A stretch of DNA of 64,000 bases from an uncultured Chloroflexia bacterium. Lineage in GTDB: Bacteria; Chloroflexota; Anaerolineae; CG2-30-64-16. The notes below the pieces were generated by a model that was not told the DNA's origin, made no database searches, and saw nothing but the letters and a program-made list of their open reading frames with translations. The stretch lies in contig CAVZDU010000002.1 of the NCBI GenBank assembly GCA_963774265.1, positions 768,001-832,000 on the forward strand, read 5' to 3'. A program made the translations under genes and the position numbers. This document shows positions 40,400 to 49,811 of the stretch, piece by piece (positions within the stretch are counted from its first letter, which is position 1; each line of letters starts with the position of its first letter).

Positions 40400-40714
40400 C
40401 TGGGATTGGGAGCGGGGGCGTCATCTTTGTGATGGAAGCCCGGGCGATCTTTGCTTCCATGAAGGACGGTGAAGGTGCCAGTTGAGATGAATAATAATCC
40501 TACGGCGACGCGTGTGTGGCAGTGTGGACAACTCCAGGTCCGAATCGATCCGAATCGGGGTGCGCTTGGAGTGGCAGCAGGCGGGGTGAGGGTGCGGCCG
40601 GCGGCGAAGATGCGGTGATCGGGGGCGGCAAGGTCGACCTGATTCATGGGCGATGGGACCCCGGCGGCGCGATGATGGGCGACAATGGGATTATCGCGGA
40701 AACAGCTCAGCGGG

Positions 40715-40860
40715 TCAAGTGGCGGCGTGCGTCCGAGAGCGGTGGGAGGCGATCGGCATCGAGGGGCTGAGCGCGCACGACCTGCGGAAGGTGTGGGCGA
40801 CACGCACCGAGCGGAACGGGACGACGCTGGATCAGATGCAGGAGGCTGGCGGGTGGAAGG
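40715..40860 (+). pseudogene. Tyrosine recombinase C-terminal remnant
   Basis: GIEGLSAHDLRKVWAT...MQEAGGWK (HxxR box). N-terminus and catalytic Tyr absent. Confidence 0.7.
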
Positions 40861-41057
40861 ACTGTCGTCGCCAGCGACTCTTATATCATACCTCGGTAAG
40901 CGACACCGTCAGCCTTGCCAGCGACTTGCATGCAGACGCCAGGCTTTCACATACCGTACACCATCGCCCGTTTGCTATGCCGCCAACATTGGCTCTCCCT
41001 CTAAACGTGTTGCACTTTCGCCAGTGCTCGAAGTCGTACTCCAAAGGACATCCTACC

Positions 41058-41873
41058 TTGGGCCGTCCCGTCTGGTTCGTGAATCTGATCAAGAGAACCT
41101 TCCCTGGCCGGTTCCGCCTGGCACAGCTCACAAAGACGCCGGTCATCGGACGCGCCATCGACCGGATGTTATTCGACGGCGACGACATCATCTACCTGCC
41201 CAAGGACAGCGTGATCCCGGTCAACCGGCAGCTCAGCGGGCCTGAGAGCATCGTGCTGCCGTCACAGGTTGTCGAGCATTTCATCGAGCGTGCCGCGCAC
41301 CACTGGATCATGAACGCCTGCATCTGCCGGGATGCCAGCGCCTGCCGCGACTACCCCAGTGACCTGGGCTGCCTCTTCCTGGGAGAAGCGGTGCTGCAGA
41401 TCAACCCCGCGCTCGGCCGGATCGTGTGTAAGGAAGAGGCGCTGACGCATGTCCTCCGTTGTCGCGAGGCCGGCCTTGTCCATCTGATCGGCCGCAACAA
41501 GCTCGATACTGCCTGGCTGGGCGCGGGGCCGAGCCATAAGCTGATGACCATCTGCAATTGCTGCCCGTGCTGCTGCCTGTGGCGAATGATCCCGCAGCTT
41601 GACCCGGCCATCGGCGCCAAGGTGACGCGCATGCCAGGCGTCGAGGTGACCGTAACCGACCGGTGCGTCGGCTGTGGGACGTGTGCCGCTGGGGTCTGTT
41701 TTGTGGATGCCATCCGCCTGGTGGACGGCCGCGCGGCCATTACCGACGCGTGCCGGGGCTGCGGACGATGTGTCGAAGCATGTCCGAACGAGGCGATTGA
41801 CTTGACGATCGGCGATGGCGAACCCCTCTCGAACACAATTGCCCGCTTGTCGTCCCTTGTGGATGTCTCGTAG
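41058..41873 (+). CDS. 4Fe-4S dicluster domain protein
   Basis: TTG start after aaagga. CICR, ICNCCPCCC, CVGCGTC and CRGCGRCVEACP motifs. Confidence 0.85.
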   Translation: MGRPVWFVNLIKRTFPGRFRLAQLTKTPVIGRAIDRMLFDGDDIIYLPKDSVIPVNRQLSGPESIVLPSQVVEHFIERAAHHWIMNACICRDASACRDYPSDLGCLFLGEAVLQINPALGRIVCKEEALTHVLRCREAGLVHLIGRNKLDTAWLGAGPSHKLMTICNCCPCCCLWRMIPQLDPAIGAKVTRMPGVEVTVTDRCVGCGTCAAGVCFVDAIRLVDGRAAITDACRGCGRCVEACPNEAIDLTIGDGEPLSNTIARLSSLVDVS

Positions 41874-42092
41874 GGAAGGATTATCCACCTGTCCAATCTC
41901 AGAACTCTCCAGTTGGCTCACACCGCTGGGGGGTTTTTGTTGTATCGTGTTAGGCAGTAATCGGATAGTAGTGAAGGCAGGAGGAGGCGTATTCCGGAAT
42001 CGCAGTGCAACGCTGCCACCCGCTCCTGTACATCCGCCATCCGCGCTTCAGTGGCACGTACTCCTGCCACCAGCGACGCGTCCCGGCCCGCA

Positions 42093-42449
42093 TCAGCGCC
42101 GGTACCGTCCCAGGAGGGTGGCCTCGGCCAGCACATGGCCCTGCATGGCGGCCGGCAGATTGAAAACCACCCAGTGAACCCACGTCCCCAGGGGCGCGTC
42201 CGGATCGACGGCAATCAGCGCCAACGTGGTTGTCTCAGGGGGCACGGCGGTCCATTGCAGTGGCGGCGAGATGTCCTCCGCATCGCAAGCATACCGGGCG
42301 GGGATCATTGCACCTTCTGCGAAAGCCGGACTGCTGATCTTCATGTCATCGCCGCGGGCCGGTCCGGTTGTGGCCGGCGCAGCCGCCGGTGCTCCTCCGC
42401 AAGCGGCCAGGAGCACGAGCACGAGAACGAGCGGAGTCAACCTGGACAT
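42093..42449 (-). pseudogene. YbhB/YbcL (PEBP) lipoprotein with an in-frame internal deletion
   Basis: Lipobox LAAC and DPDAP..WVHW present. NLPA is joined directly to AMQGHVLAEATL, so the YxGPxPP/HRY core is missing. Confidence 0.75.
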
Positions 42450-42684
42450 GTGAATGGCCTCCACGCTTGAGGTCCTAACCACCCATGCCGCCGGAATATA
42501 GGCTCTCATCATAGGTCGTCCACGCGGGCGGCCAGATCAGCCAACGCCTCATCACCGGCATCGTTGTCGTAGCATCATGGAGAGTCAAGTCGCCTGATTG
42601 ACTCGGTCTTGGAGTGCTGATATGATGGGAATGGACGTAAATAATCAAAAGGGCCTTTGGTTTTTGTTTCGAGAAGTGAAGCCG

Positions 42685-43434
42685 ATGAAGAACACCCCTG
42701 AAATTCCCTGGGAAACGATCTACAGATTCACGCTTTCCTGCGGTCAGATACATGAACCAAAGGCCTTCACTGCTCAAGTTTTGAAGGGCCTCCCGGATCT
42801 ATGCGGCTTCGACCGGGCAACCGTGTATTACTATGATGCCACTGGAAGGATCTGTGATCAGTATCTGACGGATAATGACAAACAATGGAGCGCCCTGTAT
42901 CTTGAGTTTTACTCCAACTATCAGCACGGACGGTATGGCCTCCAGCGGCGCTTGATGGAGGATCCCAGCAAGCCTTTGGTCAGCCTGCGGGACTGGATGA
43001 ATGAGCCTCCGAATGAGTTTATTACCGAATTCATTCGTCCGCGCAATCTGAAGTATTCCCTCGGCTTTTGTCTGTTCGACATTAACGGCATGACCAGAAG
43101 TCTATTTTGCCTGGACAGGAAAACGGACGAAAACTTCTCGAAAGATGAGGTTATTGCCCTGTCCCTGGCGGTTCCGCAGCTTAACAATCTGTTCAAGAAT
43201 CTCTACTATCATCCGGCGAGTCACGACAGTTCCGAACAGATTTCCTGGGAAACGGCCTGTCTGACTTCCAGGGAAAACGACATTGCGAATCTGCTGTGCC
43301 AGGGCCTGACCCCGACCAACATCAGCCAATTGCTACATATTTCTCTATCAACAACGAACAAACATATCGCTCATATCTACAAGAAGATGCAGGTTTCCAC
43401 CAGACAGCAGCTCCTGGTGCGTATGCTGCACTGA
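42685..43434 (+). CDS. LuxR-family regulator with N-terminal GAF-like sensor
   Basis: LTSRENDIANLLCQG...ISLSTTNKHIAHIYKKM LuxR HTH. Confidence 0.85.
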   Translation: MKNTPEIPWETIYRFTLSCGQIHEPKAFTAQVLKGLPDLCGFDRATVYYYDATGRICDQYLTDNDKQWSALYLEFYSNYQHGRYGLQRRLMEDPSKPLVSLRDWMNEPPNEFITEFIRPRNLKYSLGFCLFDINGMTRSLFCLDRKTDENFSKDEVIALSLAVPQLNNLFKNLYYHPASHDSSEQISWETACLTSRENDIANLLCQGLTPTNISQLLHISLSTTNKHIAHIYKKMQVSTRQQLLVRMLH

Positions 43435-43460
43435 AGCGCACGAGCACATCAGACTCAATA

Positions 43461-43498
43461 ATGAAAGGGCATATTGCATTGCCAATATGCCCTTTCAT
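43461..43498. terminator. Bidirectional terminator-like hairpin between convergent genes
   Basis: ATGAAAGGGCATATTG ... CAATATGCCCTTTCAT, a 16-bp stem. Confidence 0.7.
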
Positions 43499-43511
43499 CC
43501 AGGGGTTAGGG

Positions 43512-44390
43512 TTAGGACTTCTCGATCGCATCCAGGAACTTTTCGAGTTCTTTCTCTTCCATGTGGTAGCCGTGCTTATCCTCAGGATAAGCGCCGCTGC
43601 GAACGTCTTCTGCCCAATCAGCATAGGCTTCAACGGCCCACGGGAAGAAGTCAGCATAAGACTTGGCGTGAGAAGTCGGGCTGGGCATCATGTTGAACGT
43701 GTCGAGGTCGACCATCTCACAGCCATCTGCAGCGCCGCCGGCGGCGATGGAGATCACGGGCACGCGCAGTTTCTTTGCGATGGCGTTGGTGACCTCGATC
43801 GGAGTCAGTTCGATGGTCATCGCCTTCATGCCGTTCTCTTGATACTCATAGGCCATGCGGAAGACCCTCATAGCTTCCTCGGCGGTCCTGCCCAGGCGCT
43901 TGTAGCCGCCCTGTGCGGCCGTCTGCCAGCCAGACAGCGCGCCCACATGGCCGAATACTACCAGGTAGTTATCGGTCATATACTTCAGGGTTTCGTTGCT
44001 GACGCCCATGGGAAGCAGGGAGTCGGCGCCGGCGTACATATAGGCGGCGCCAGTCGCCACGGCCTTTTCCTTGGAGGCATAGGTCGTCGTATCCATGTAG
44101 AAGTTGATGTGGATAAGCTTTGCGGCGTTGCGGACGATGCGGATCCACCATTCGGCGATATGGCTTTGCCATTCCATATTCGCAGTGCCGTCGCCGGGAA
44201 CGGTCAGCCGACAAACGTCGCAGCCGGCCATCTCAGCGGCCATGACCCAAAACTGATCTCTGATTGCGGGGCACATCTGCACGATCGGGGTGCCCTCGTC
44301 CTTGAGCTTCTGCAGATAGGCGATGGACTTGCGGCCCTTCACCATCAAGGAACCCTTGACATTCTTGTCTTCCGATTTGATCTCTGCCAT
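43512..44390 (-). CDS. Divergent ketopantoate-hydroxymethyltransferase (PanB)-like protein
   Basis: GHVG, GGYKRLGRT, IEL, VPVISIAAG and YAEDVRSGAYP-like tail (WAEDVRSGAYP). The canonical VGDS and VKLEGG motifs are absent. Confidence 0.75.
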   Translation of the reverse strand: MAEIKSEDKNVKGSLMVKGRKSIAYLQKLKDEGTPIVQMCPAIRDQFWVMAAEMAGCDVCRLTVPGDGTANMEWQSHIAEWWIRIVRNAAKLIHINFYMDTTTYASKEKAVATGAAYMYAGADSLLPMGVSNETLKYMTDNYLVVFGHVGALSGWQTAAQGGYKRLGRTAEEAMRVFRMAYEYQENGMKAMTIELTPIEVTNAIAKKLRVPVISIAAGGAADGCEMVDLDTFNMMPSPTSHAKSYADFFPWAVEAYADWAEDVRSGAYPEDKHGYHMEEKELEKFLDAIEKS

Positions 44391-44412
44391 TATTGTTTCT
44401 CCCTTTGCTGAC

Positions 44413-44886
44413 TTAAGCGTTGGCATTGATGGAGTCGATTGCCTTCCTCACCAGCAAATCGTCTTTCAGCGGCTCTAGATCCTCGCCGAGAAAATCCTTC
44501 ACCATCTCGATCGGCATTTGCTGGCGAACAGATATGGCCTTCGCCTCTTCCTCCAATTCTTCTTTGGTTACTTCAAAGTGCGCTACTTCTATGATTCGCT
44601 TGAGCACCAGTCTGGTCTTCACCAGCTTGAAGGCTTCTTCTCTGAACTTTTCCATACGATCGGCCATCTCATCCTGCGTGAAGCCGATATACCGGTTGGA
44701 CGCCAGGCTCTCGTATTTCAGCTGATGATTCAGTTCGAGGACCATCATGCTGACTTCGCCGTCGACCAGGTCCTGCGGTACCTCGACGTCCGTGGCTTCC
44801 AGGACCTTCTCGAGTATCGCGTCCTCTATCCGCATTTCTGCGTTCCTGGTGGACGGCGCGTTTTTGACCCGCTTCACTATTGTCAC
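44413..44886 (-). CDS. Trigger factor C-terminal-domain-only protein
   Basis: VEVPQDLVDGE, EAFKLVKTRLVLKRI, EVTKEEL and LLVRKAIDSI motifs. Confidence 0.75.
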   Translation of the reverse strand: MTIVKRVKNAPSTRNAEMRIEDAILEKVLEATDVEVPQDLVDGEVSMMVLELNHQLKYESLASNRYIGFTQDEMADRMEKFREEAFKLVKTRLVLKRIIEVAHFEVTKEELEEEAKAISVRQQMPIEMVKDFLGEDLEPLKDDLLVRKAIDSINANA

Positions 44887-44932
44887 TCCGACTCAAATCC
44901 ACAGTACGTTATGGGATGACAGCCGATAGTCA

Positions 44933-44963
44933 AAGAGGCACATCTGTTTCAGATGTGCCTCTT
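44933..44963 (-). terminator. Hairpin after the small gene
   Basis: AAGAGGCACATCTG-ttt-CAGATGTGCCTCTT. Confidence 0.65.
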
Positions 44964-44976
44964 CGGTCAATGTCGC

Positions 44977-45192
44977 TCAGGCATCCAGCGCATCTATTCT
45001 CCCGAGGATATCTTTCTTAGCCTCCTCGGAGAAGCCAGCCTGGGGGAAATTGAGCAGGAGACTTATGCGCATCCCCATGACGGGTCCCATCTGGGGATCA
45101 CTGGCGAAGCCGGGCTTGTACTCCTCGATGATCGCGACGGCGCGAGGATCCGCAAGGATTTCCTTCAATTTGCTCCTGGAATTGATGGCCAT
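44977..45192 (-). CDS. Small hypothetical protein (71 aa)
   Basis: RBS aaaggaag, coding-like composition, operonic position. Confidence 0.7.
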   Translation of the reverse strand: MAINSRSKLKEILADPRAVAIIEEYKPGFASDPQMGPVMGMRISLLLNFPQAGFSEEAKKDILGRIDALDA

Positions 45193-45257
45193 GATTGTCT
45201 TCCTTTCATCGGATTACTTATCTGCATCACCGGCTCTGCCGACGACGGATCTACTTC

Positions 45258-46157
45258 TCAGGCGTGCTTGCCGCCCTCCATGGTGTAGCTCCAGGGCTTC
45301 GCCTGGAAGGAGAACTGGCTGCCGCCGTCCACTTCTATCAGCTGGCCGTACATGAAGTTGGAGATGTCTGTGCACATAGCCACTATCATCAGCGCCACCT
45401 CATCTGGTGTGGTGGAGATAGGGGTGCCCAGGCCGTAGGTCTTAACTTCGTGGTCCCACTCCGCGCCGTACAGGGCGGAGGACTTGAGGTTATTCATCAT
45501 GGCGCCGGGGGTGAGCATGCCGCCGGGGGCAACGCAGTTCACGTTAATGCCGTACTGCTTGAGTTCCTTAGCCATGCCCTTTGTCATGCCCAAAACGCCG
45601 GCCTTGGCCGCGTTGTAGTTGGTCATCATGGCAAGCTTAGTCATATCATCGCCGCGGTGGGCAACGGAGGCGATTGTGACAACCTTGCCGCCCTTGCCCC
45701 CGCGGATCATACTGCGAGCAGCAGCCTGCACAGTGAAGTACTGGCCCTTCAGGTCGGTGTCGATGACATCGTCCCACTCCTCCTCCTTCATATCCACGAA
45801 GGCGCGGGCTCCCCAGGTGGCTGCCGCGGGTACGACGATGTCCACGGTACCGTAGGTTTTCTCCGCAAACTCGGCGAGGGCGTAGCAATCATCCACTTTG
45901 CGTACGTCGGTCTTGCAATAGCTGACGTCGTATCCCTTGTCTTTTAGGGTCTCCTCGGCCAGCTTGCCCCATTCCTCGGTACGACTGCCGAACACGACCC
46001 GGGCGCCGCACTCTGCCAGACGGTTGATCACGAAGAGCGCCAAACCCACGGTGCCGGTGACGACTGCCACCTTGCCGGTTAGGTCAAACATCCTGCTAAT
46101 CGGCTTGAGGTCTTCCAGTGGGTCCGAGGACATGTAGAATAGAGTCTCGTTATCCAA
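45258..46157 (-). CDS. Short-chain dehydrogenase/reductase, atypical glycine loop
   Basis: FDLTGKVAVVTGTVGLA, YNAAK and NCVAPG motifs. TTG start after aaagga. Confidence 0.85.
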   Translation of the reverse strand: MDNETLFYMSSDPLEDLKPISRMFDLTGKVAVVTGTVGLALFVINRLAECGARVVFGSRTEEWGKLAEETLKDKGYDVSYCKTDVRKVDDCYALAEFAEKTYGTVDIVVPAAATWGARAFVDMKEEEWDDVIDTDLKGQYFTVQAAARSMIRGGKGGKVVTIASVAHRGDDMTKLAMMTNYNAAKAGVLGMTKGMAKELKQYGINVNCVAPGGMLTPGAMMNNLKSSALYGAEWDHEVKTYGLGTPISTTPDEVALMIVAMCTDISNFMYGQLIEVDGGSQFSFQAKPWSYTMEGGKHA

Positions 46158-46331
46158 GTGTCCTTTTCCTTTCTTGATAAATCCCACCACAGCAACTATA
46201 TTACAGCGCTGGCAAATGAGGTGGCAATACACAGAATTGTGCATAAAACATTATCAGATTTGAGTATTCGACAAGCAGTAAGTCGCTGATACACTTAGCT
46301 GTCAAAGTATTATTCGAAGGTAAACAGCAAA

Positions 46332-47909
46332 ATGCCCAAGGAAATCGTATATAGCGAAGATATCCGGAGAAGAATGCAATCCGGTGTAGATAAGCTTGCA
46401 GACGTGGTGAAAACCACATTGGGGCCACAAGGTTGCAATGTCGTGATCCAAAGTCCCTCTGGTGCGCCGTTAGTGACGAATGACGGCGCGACGATCGCTA
46501 AGGCAATCGAACTGGAGGACTGTGTAGAGAATATGGGCGCGAGGTTGATAAGGGAGGCGGCCCTAAAGACCAAAGATGTGGTCGGCGATGGATCGACTAC
46601 TGCAACGGTGCTGGCACAGTGCATCATCCGGGAAGGATTCAAGAATGTAGCTTCTGGCGCTAACACTGTGGAACTGAAAAAAGGAATCCAGGGGGCGACT
46701 CAGTTGGCCGCTGCAGCCATCAGAAAGCTGGCCAGGCCTGTTGAAACTCGGGAAGCCCTCGCGCAGGTCGCGGCGACATCGGCTGAAGATACTGGCATTG
46801 GCGAGATGATCGCACAAGCCATGGAAAAAGTGGGGAGGGATGGCGTCATCACGGTGGATGAGTCCGAAAGCAGAGACACCGTCCTGACCGTGAGGGAAGG
46901 TATGCAGCTTGATGTCGGCTATCTAGCTCCCGAGATGGTCACCGACAAGAAAAAGATGGTCGCGGAGCTGAACGATCCATACATCCTGATCACCGACCGG
47001 AAAATCGCCGATCCGCAGGAGCTTGTTCCTCTACTGGAGCAGATCGCGGCGCAGGGCAGACCACTGCTGATCATTGCGGAGGGTGTGGAAGGCGGAGCGC
47101 TGGGTATGCTGGTGATCAATAAGATGAACGGCGTGCTCAATGCGGTTGCCGTACATCCGCCTGCCTATGGTGACGGAAGAAGGACCAGAATGGAAGATCT
47201 GGCACTTCTGACCGGCGGCGCCTTCATCACCGAAGATATGGGCTATTCGCTGCAAAAGACAACGCCCGGTATGTTAGGCAGCGCAGCGTTCGTCAGGGTC
47301 GAAAAGAAGAAGACCATCATCATTGGCGGAGCCGGCGATAAGAAAGCGTTGGCGGCAAGGATCCAAAATCTTCGGATGCTGATTGAAAAGGCAGAATATG
47401 ACTTCGACACGAAACAGCTGGAGGAGCGGCTGGCGAAGCTGAGCAGCGGCGTGGCTGTCATCAAAGTGGGAGGCGCTACCGAAATTGAGATCAGGGAGAA
47501 GAAGCTGCGGGTGGAGCATGCGCTTAGCGCTGCCAGGGCAGCTATGGCAGAGGGAATCGTCCCCGGCGGCGGCGTCGCGTATATCAACATTATGCCGGCT
47601 ATAAGAGCCTATGTCGAAACCTTGTCCGGCGACATGAAGACCGGCGCGGCGATCATTCTGAAAGCTTTGGTGGAACCAGCCCGTCAGAACGCTGTGAATG
47701 CGGGTATGGAAGGCAGCTCGATCATTGCCGAAGTGAAGCGGCGCCCGGCAGGCGTTGGTTTCAATGCGGTGACGAAGGAATACACAAACATGATGGCGTC
47801 AGGGATCGTGGATTCTGCCAAGGGGGTCCGCCTTGCCCTACAGTCTGCCGCTTCTGTTTCGGCCGTACTGCTGACCGTCGAAGCCGGTGTCGCGGACACG
47901 AAAAAATAG
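46332..47909 (+). CDS. groEL: Group I chaperonin (GroEL paralog) without adjacent groES
   Basis: TLGPQG, TNDGATIAK, GDGSTTATVL, LEERLAKLSSGVAVIKVG and GIVPGGG motifs. No GGM tail. Confidence 0.9.
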   Translation: MPKEIVYSEDIRRRMQSGVDKLADVVKTTLGPQGCNVVIQSPSGAPLVTNDGATIAKAIELEDCVENMGARLIREAALKTKDVVGDGSTTATVLAQCIIREGFKNVASGANTVELKKGIQGATQLAAAAIRKLARPVETREALAQVAATSAEDTGIGEMIAQAMEKVGRDGVITVDESESRDTVLTVREGMQLDVGYLAPEMVTDKKKMVAELNDPYILITDRKIADPQELVPLLEQIAAQGRPLLIIAEGVEGGALGMLVINKMNGVLNAVAVHPPAYGDGRRTRMEDLALLTGGAFITEDMGYSLQKTTPGMLGSAAFVRVEKKKTIIIGGAGDKKALAARIQNLRMLIEKAEYDFDTKQLEERLAKLSSGVAVIKVGGATEIEIREKKLRVEHALSAARAAMAEGIVPGGGVAYINIMPAIRAYVETLSGDMKTGAAIILKALVEPARQNAVNAGMEGSSIIAEVKRRPAGVGFNAVTKEYTNMMASGIVDSAKGVRLALQSAASVSAVLLTVEAGVADTKK

Positions 47910-48029
47910 ACGCCTGCTGCCTGCGGATGCCGAGCCGGCGGGCGATCTGGCCCACCGAGTCCCCCAACGCCAGCCCTCGGGCGATCTCCCGCTGCCGTCC
48001 GGTCACCACCGCCCCCGTCGCGAGTTAAA

Positions 48030-48062
48030 CAAAAAGGGCCGCAGCTACACGCTGCGACCCCG
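48030..48062 (-). terminator. Intrinsic terminator
   Basis: On the minus strand, GGGTCGCAGC-gtgta-GCTGCGGCCC followed by TTTTT. Confidence 0.75.
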
Positions 48063-48086
48063 GGAGTCTTACACCGCCGACAGGTC

Positions 48087-48239
48087 CTATGCCTGTGGAT
48101 CTTTTATTTTCTCGTCGACACTCCAGACGATGCGGGCCACCCGGCCCTTCTCTACGATGAGCGTAACGCTACCGAAGCCTCCGGCCTGGACGATCAACTG
48201 CACCAGTTTCCAAAGACGCTCGGCCAGGAAACTCGGCAC
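48087..48239 (-). CDS. 50-aa microprotein (DUF2292/YezD-like), below the ORF-track cutoff
   Basis: GTG start with RBS ggagg. Promoter TTGTCT-17-TATAAT (48297-48269). Sequence MPSFLAERLWKLVQLIVQAGGFGSVTLIVEKGRVARIVWSVDEKIKDPQA, followed by a terminator. Confidence 0.65.
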   Translation of the reverse strand: MPSFLAERLWKLVQLIVQAGGFGSVTLIVEKGRVARIVWSVDEKIKDPQA

Positions 48240-48369
48240 CGAGTCGCCTCCGAACTTGAGATGAGCCGATTATACGCGACTTCACGATTTGAGACAAATG
48301 TACTACCGGAGGCGTCGGGATGCAAGGGGACAAGTGTTGCAGGGCTGGGGCGCGTCCCACTCCACTGCG

Positions 48370-48587
48370 TGCTGACGCACGCGACCTGCTGTCGCACCTT
48401 CCGCGCAACGGGCAGCACCACCTATCTGCAAAATGGTGGTACGATTGAGCACGCCCAGCAGATCGCGCCGCACTTCGTGCGGGTCACGAATCGCCAGCCA
48501 TGACCAAGTTGTATGACCCTACGAGCGACGCCATCAGGGCTGAGGCTAGGCCTCAGCCTGGATGAGATCGAGCGGATTCTGATCTGA
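48370..48587 (+). pseudogene. Tyrosine recombinase C-terminal remnant
   Basis: TCCRTFRATGSTTYLQNGGTIEHAQQIA...HESPAMTKLYDPTSDAI...SLDEIERILI, interrupted by small insertions. Confidence 0.8.
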
Positions 48588-48849
48588 TCATTGGCGTTGG
48601 CCTCCGTGTTGGGGCTTTCTAACGCTCGTCGTTTGCGATATGGTGCTTGGAGCGCATGACATTAGGAAGTTCCCGCATGTTCAGTGTTTGGGACGCCGTA
48701 TGCCAATCCGTGCATGCCCCTCTATGTGGGTAAACAAGAGGGAATCATCCATCCATGCGGAGCTAGGCGGAAAGGAAACGATCTGCTTTTCGTGCCTACC
48801 GGGGGATTAGGCGGAATGGATTCCGCATAATAACGAGATGTCTTAGCAA

Positions 48850-49683
48850 ATGGAGGATGACTTCATGACCAGGCGAGGTTTTCTAAAGGCATCAAGTGCG
48901 GCAACGGCGGGTGCCGTGACCGCGGTGGGCAATACCGGAATCGCGAGCGCCACCGATAAGCCCCGCACCTTCGTCCTGGTGCATGGTGCGTGGCACGGGG
49001 GCTGGTGCTGGCGTCGTGTAGCCGATGTTCTCAGGGCTCGCGGGCACAGGGTTTTCGCGCCAAGCCTCACCGGATTGGGGGATCGCGCGCATCTCTTCTC
49101 CAAGGACATTTCGCTGCAGACCCATGTGGAAGACATCCTTTCCGTGGTTGAAACTGAGGAGTTGAGCGACTTCGTTCTCGTTGGACATAGCTATGGAGGC
49201 TTTGTGATCTCTGGCGTCGCAGACACACTCCGGGAGCGCGTGTCTCGCTATGTTTACTTGGATGGTAGTGTTCCACCCGATATGTCGCCAGGCGCATCCT
49301 TCAGCTGGGCCGGCTTTAATCCTCCCGAGGCACGTGAAGCGCGATTGAAGTCGGTGCGAGAACAGGGTAAGGGTGTGGCGCTCCCGGCACCTCCGCCCAG
49401 TGCCTTCGCTGTGACCAAGCCTTCGGACGTGGCTTGGCTGCAGCGGCACTTGCGGCCTATGCCAGTCGGCACCTATATCGGAACCTTTACGTTCAAGAAC
49501 TCTGGGAGCAATGGATTGAAGCGCACCTACATTGCTTCGATCAAACCACCCTATGCTTTGCTCGTCCCTACCCATAACCGTATAAGGGGTGACAATACCT
49601 GGTCGTTCACGACCATAGAGGCAGGCCACGACTCAATGGTGACAGCCCCTGACGAGCTGGCTTCTCTGTTAATGGTGGTCTGA
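48850..49683 (+). CDS. Tat-exported alpha/beta hydrolase (esterase)
   Basis: TRRGFLK signal, VLVHGAWHGGWCW, GHSYGG and GHD motifs. Confidence 0.9.
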   Translation: MEDDFMTRRGFLKASSAATAGAVTAVGNTGIASATDKPRTFVLVHGAWHGGWCWRRVADVLRARGHRVFAPSLTGLGDRAHLFSKDISLQTHVEDILSVVETEELSDFVLVGHSYGGFVISGVADTLRERVSRYVYLDGSVPPDMSPGASFSWAGFNPPEAREARLKSVREQGKGVALPAPPPSAFAVTKPSDVAWLQRHLRPMPVGTYIGTFTFKNSGSNGLKRTYIASIKPPYALLVPTHNRIRGDNTWSFTTIEAGHDSMVTAPDELASLLMVV

Positions 49684-49715
49684 AACCCATGCGGTTATGT
49701 CCACCATGGACCGGC

Positions 49716-49811
49716 ATCTAACCACCGCATGGAGCCGACGCAACCGCTTTGCGGTAAGCGTCGACTCTGAAGCCTGTCATGCGGTTGCACGGCTCATGCG
49801 GCACCTTGGGC
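49716..49811 (+). repeat. attC-like site
   Basis: ATCTAAC R'' box. ccgcatg-G-agccg..gcaaccgc pairs with gcggttgc.cggctcatgcgg, with an extrahelical G. The R' box is degenerate (CTTGGGC). Confidence 0.7.

Noticed and set aside
40653-41873. 406-aa ORF read as a recombinase-ferredoxin fusion
   Set aside because: Chance in-frame join of a remnant. The Fe-S gene has its own RBS and TTG at 41058.
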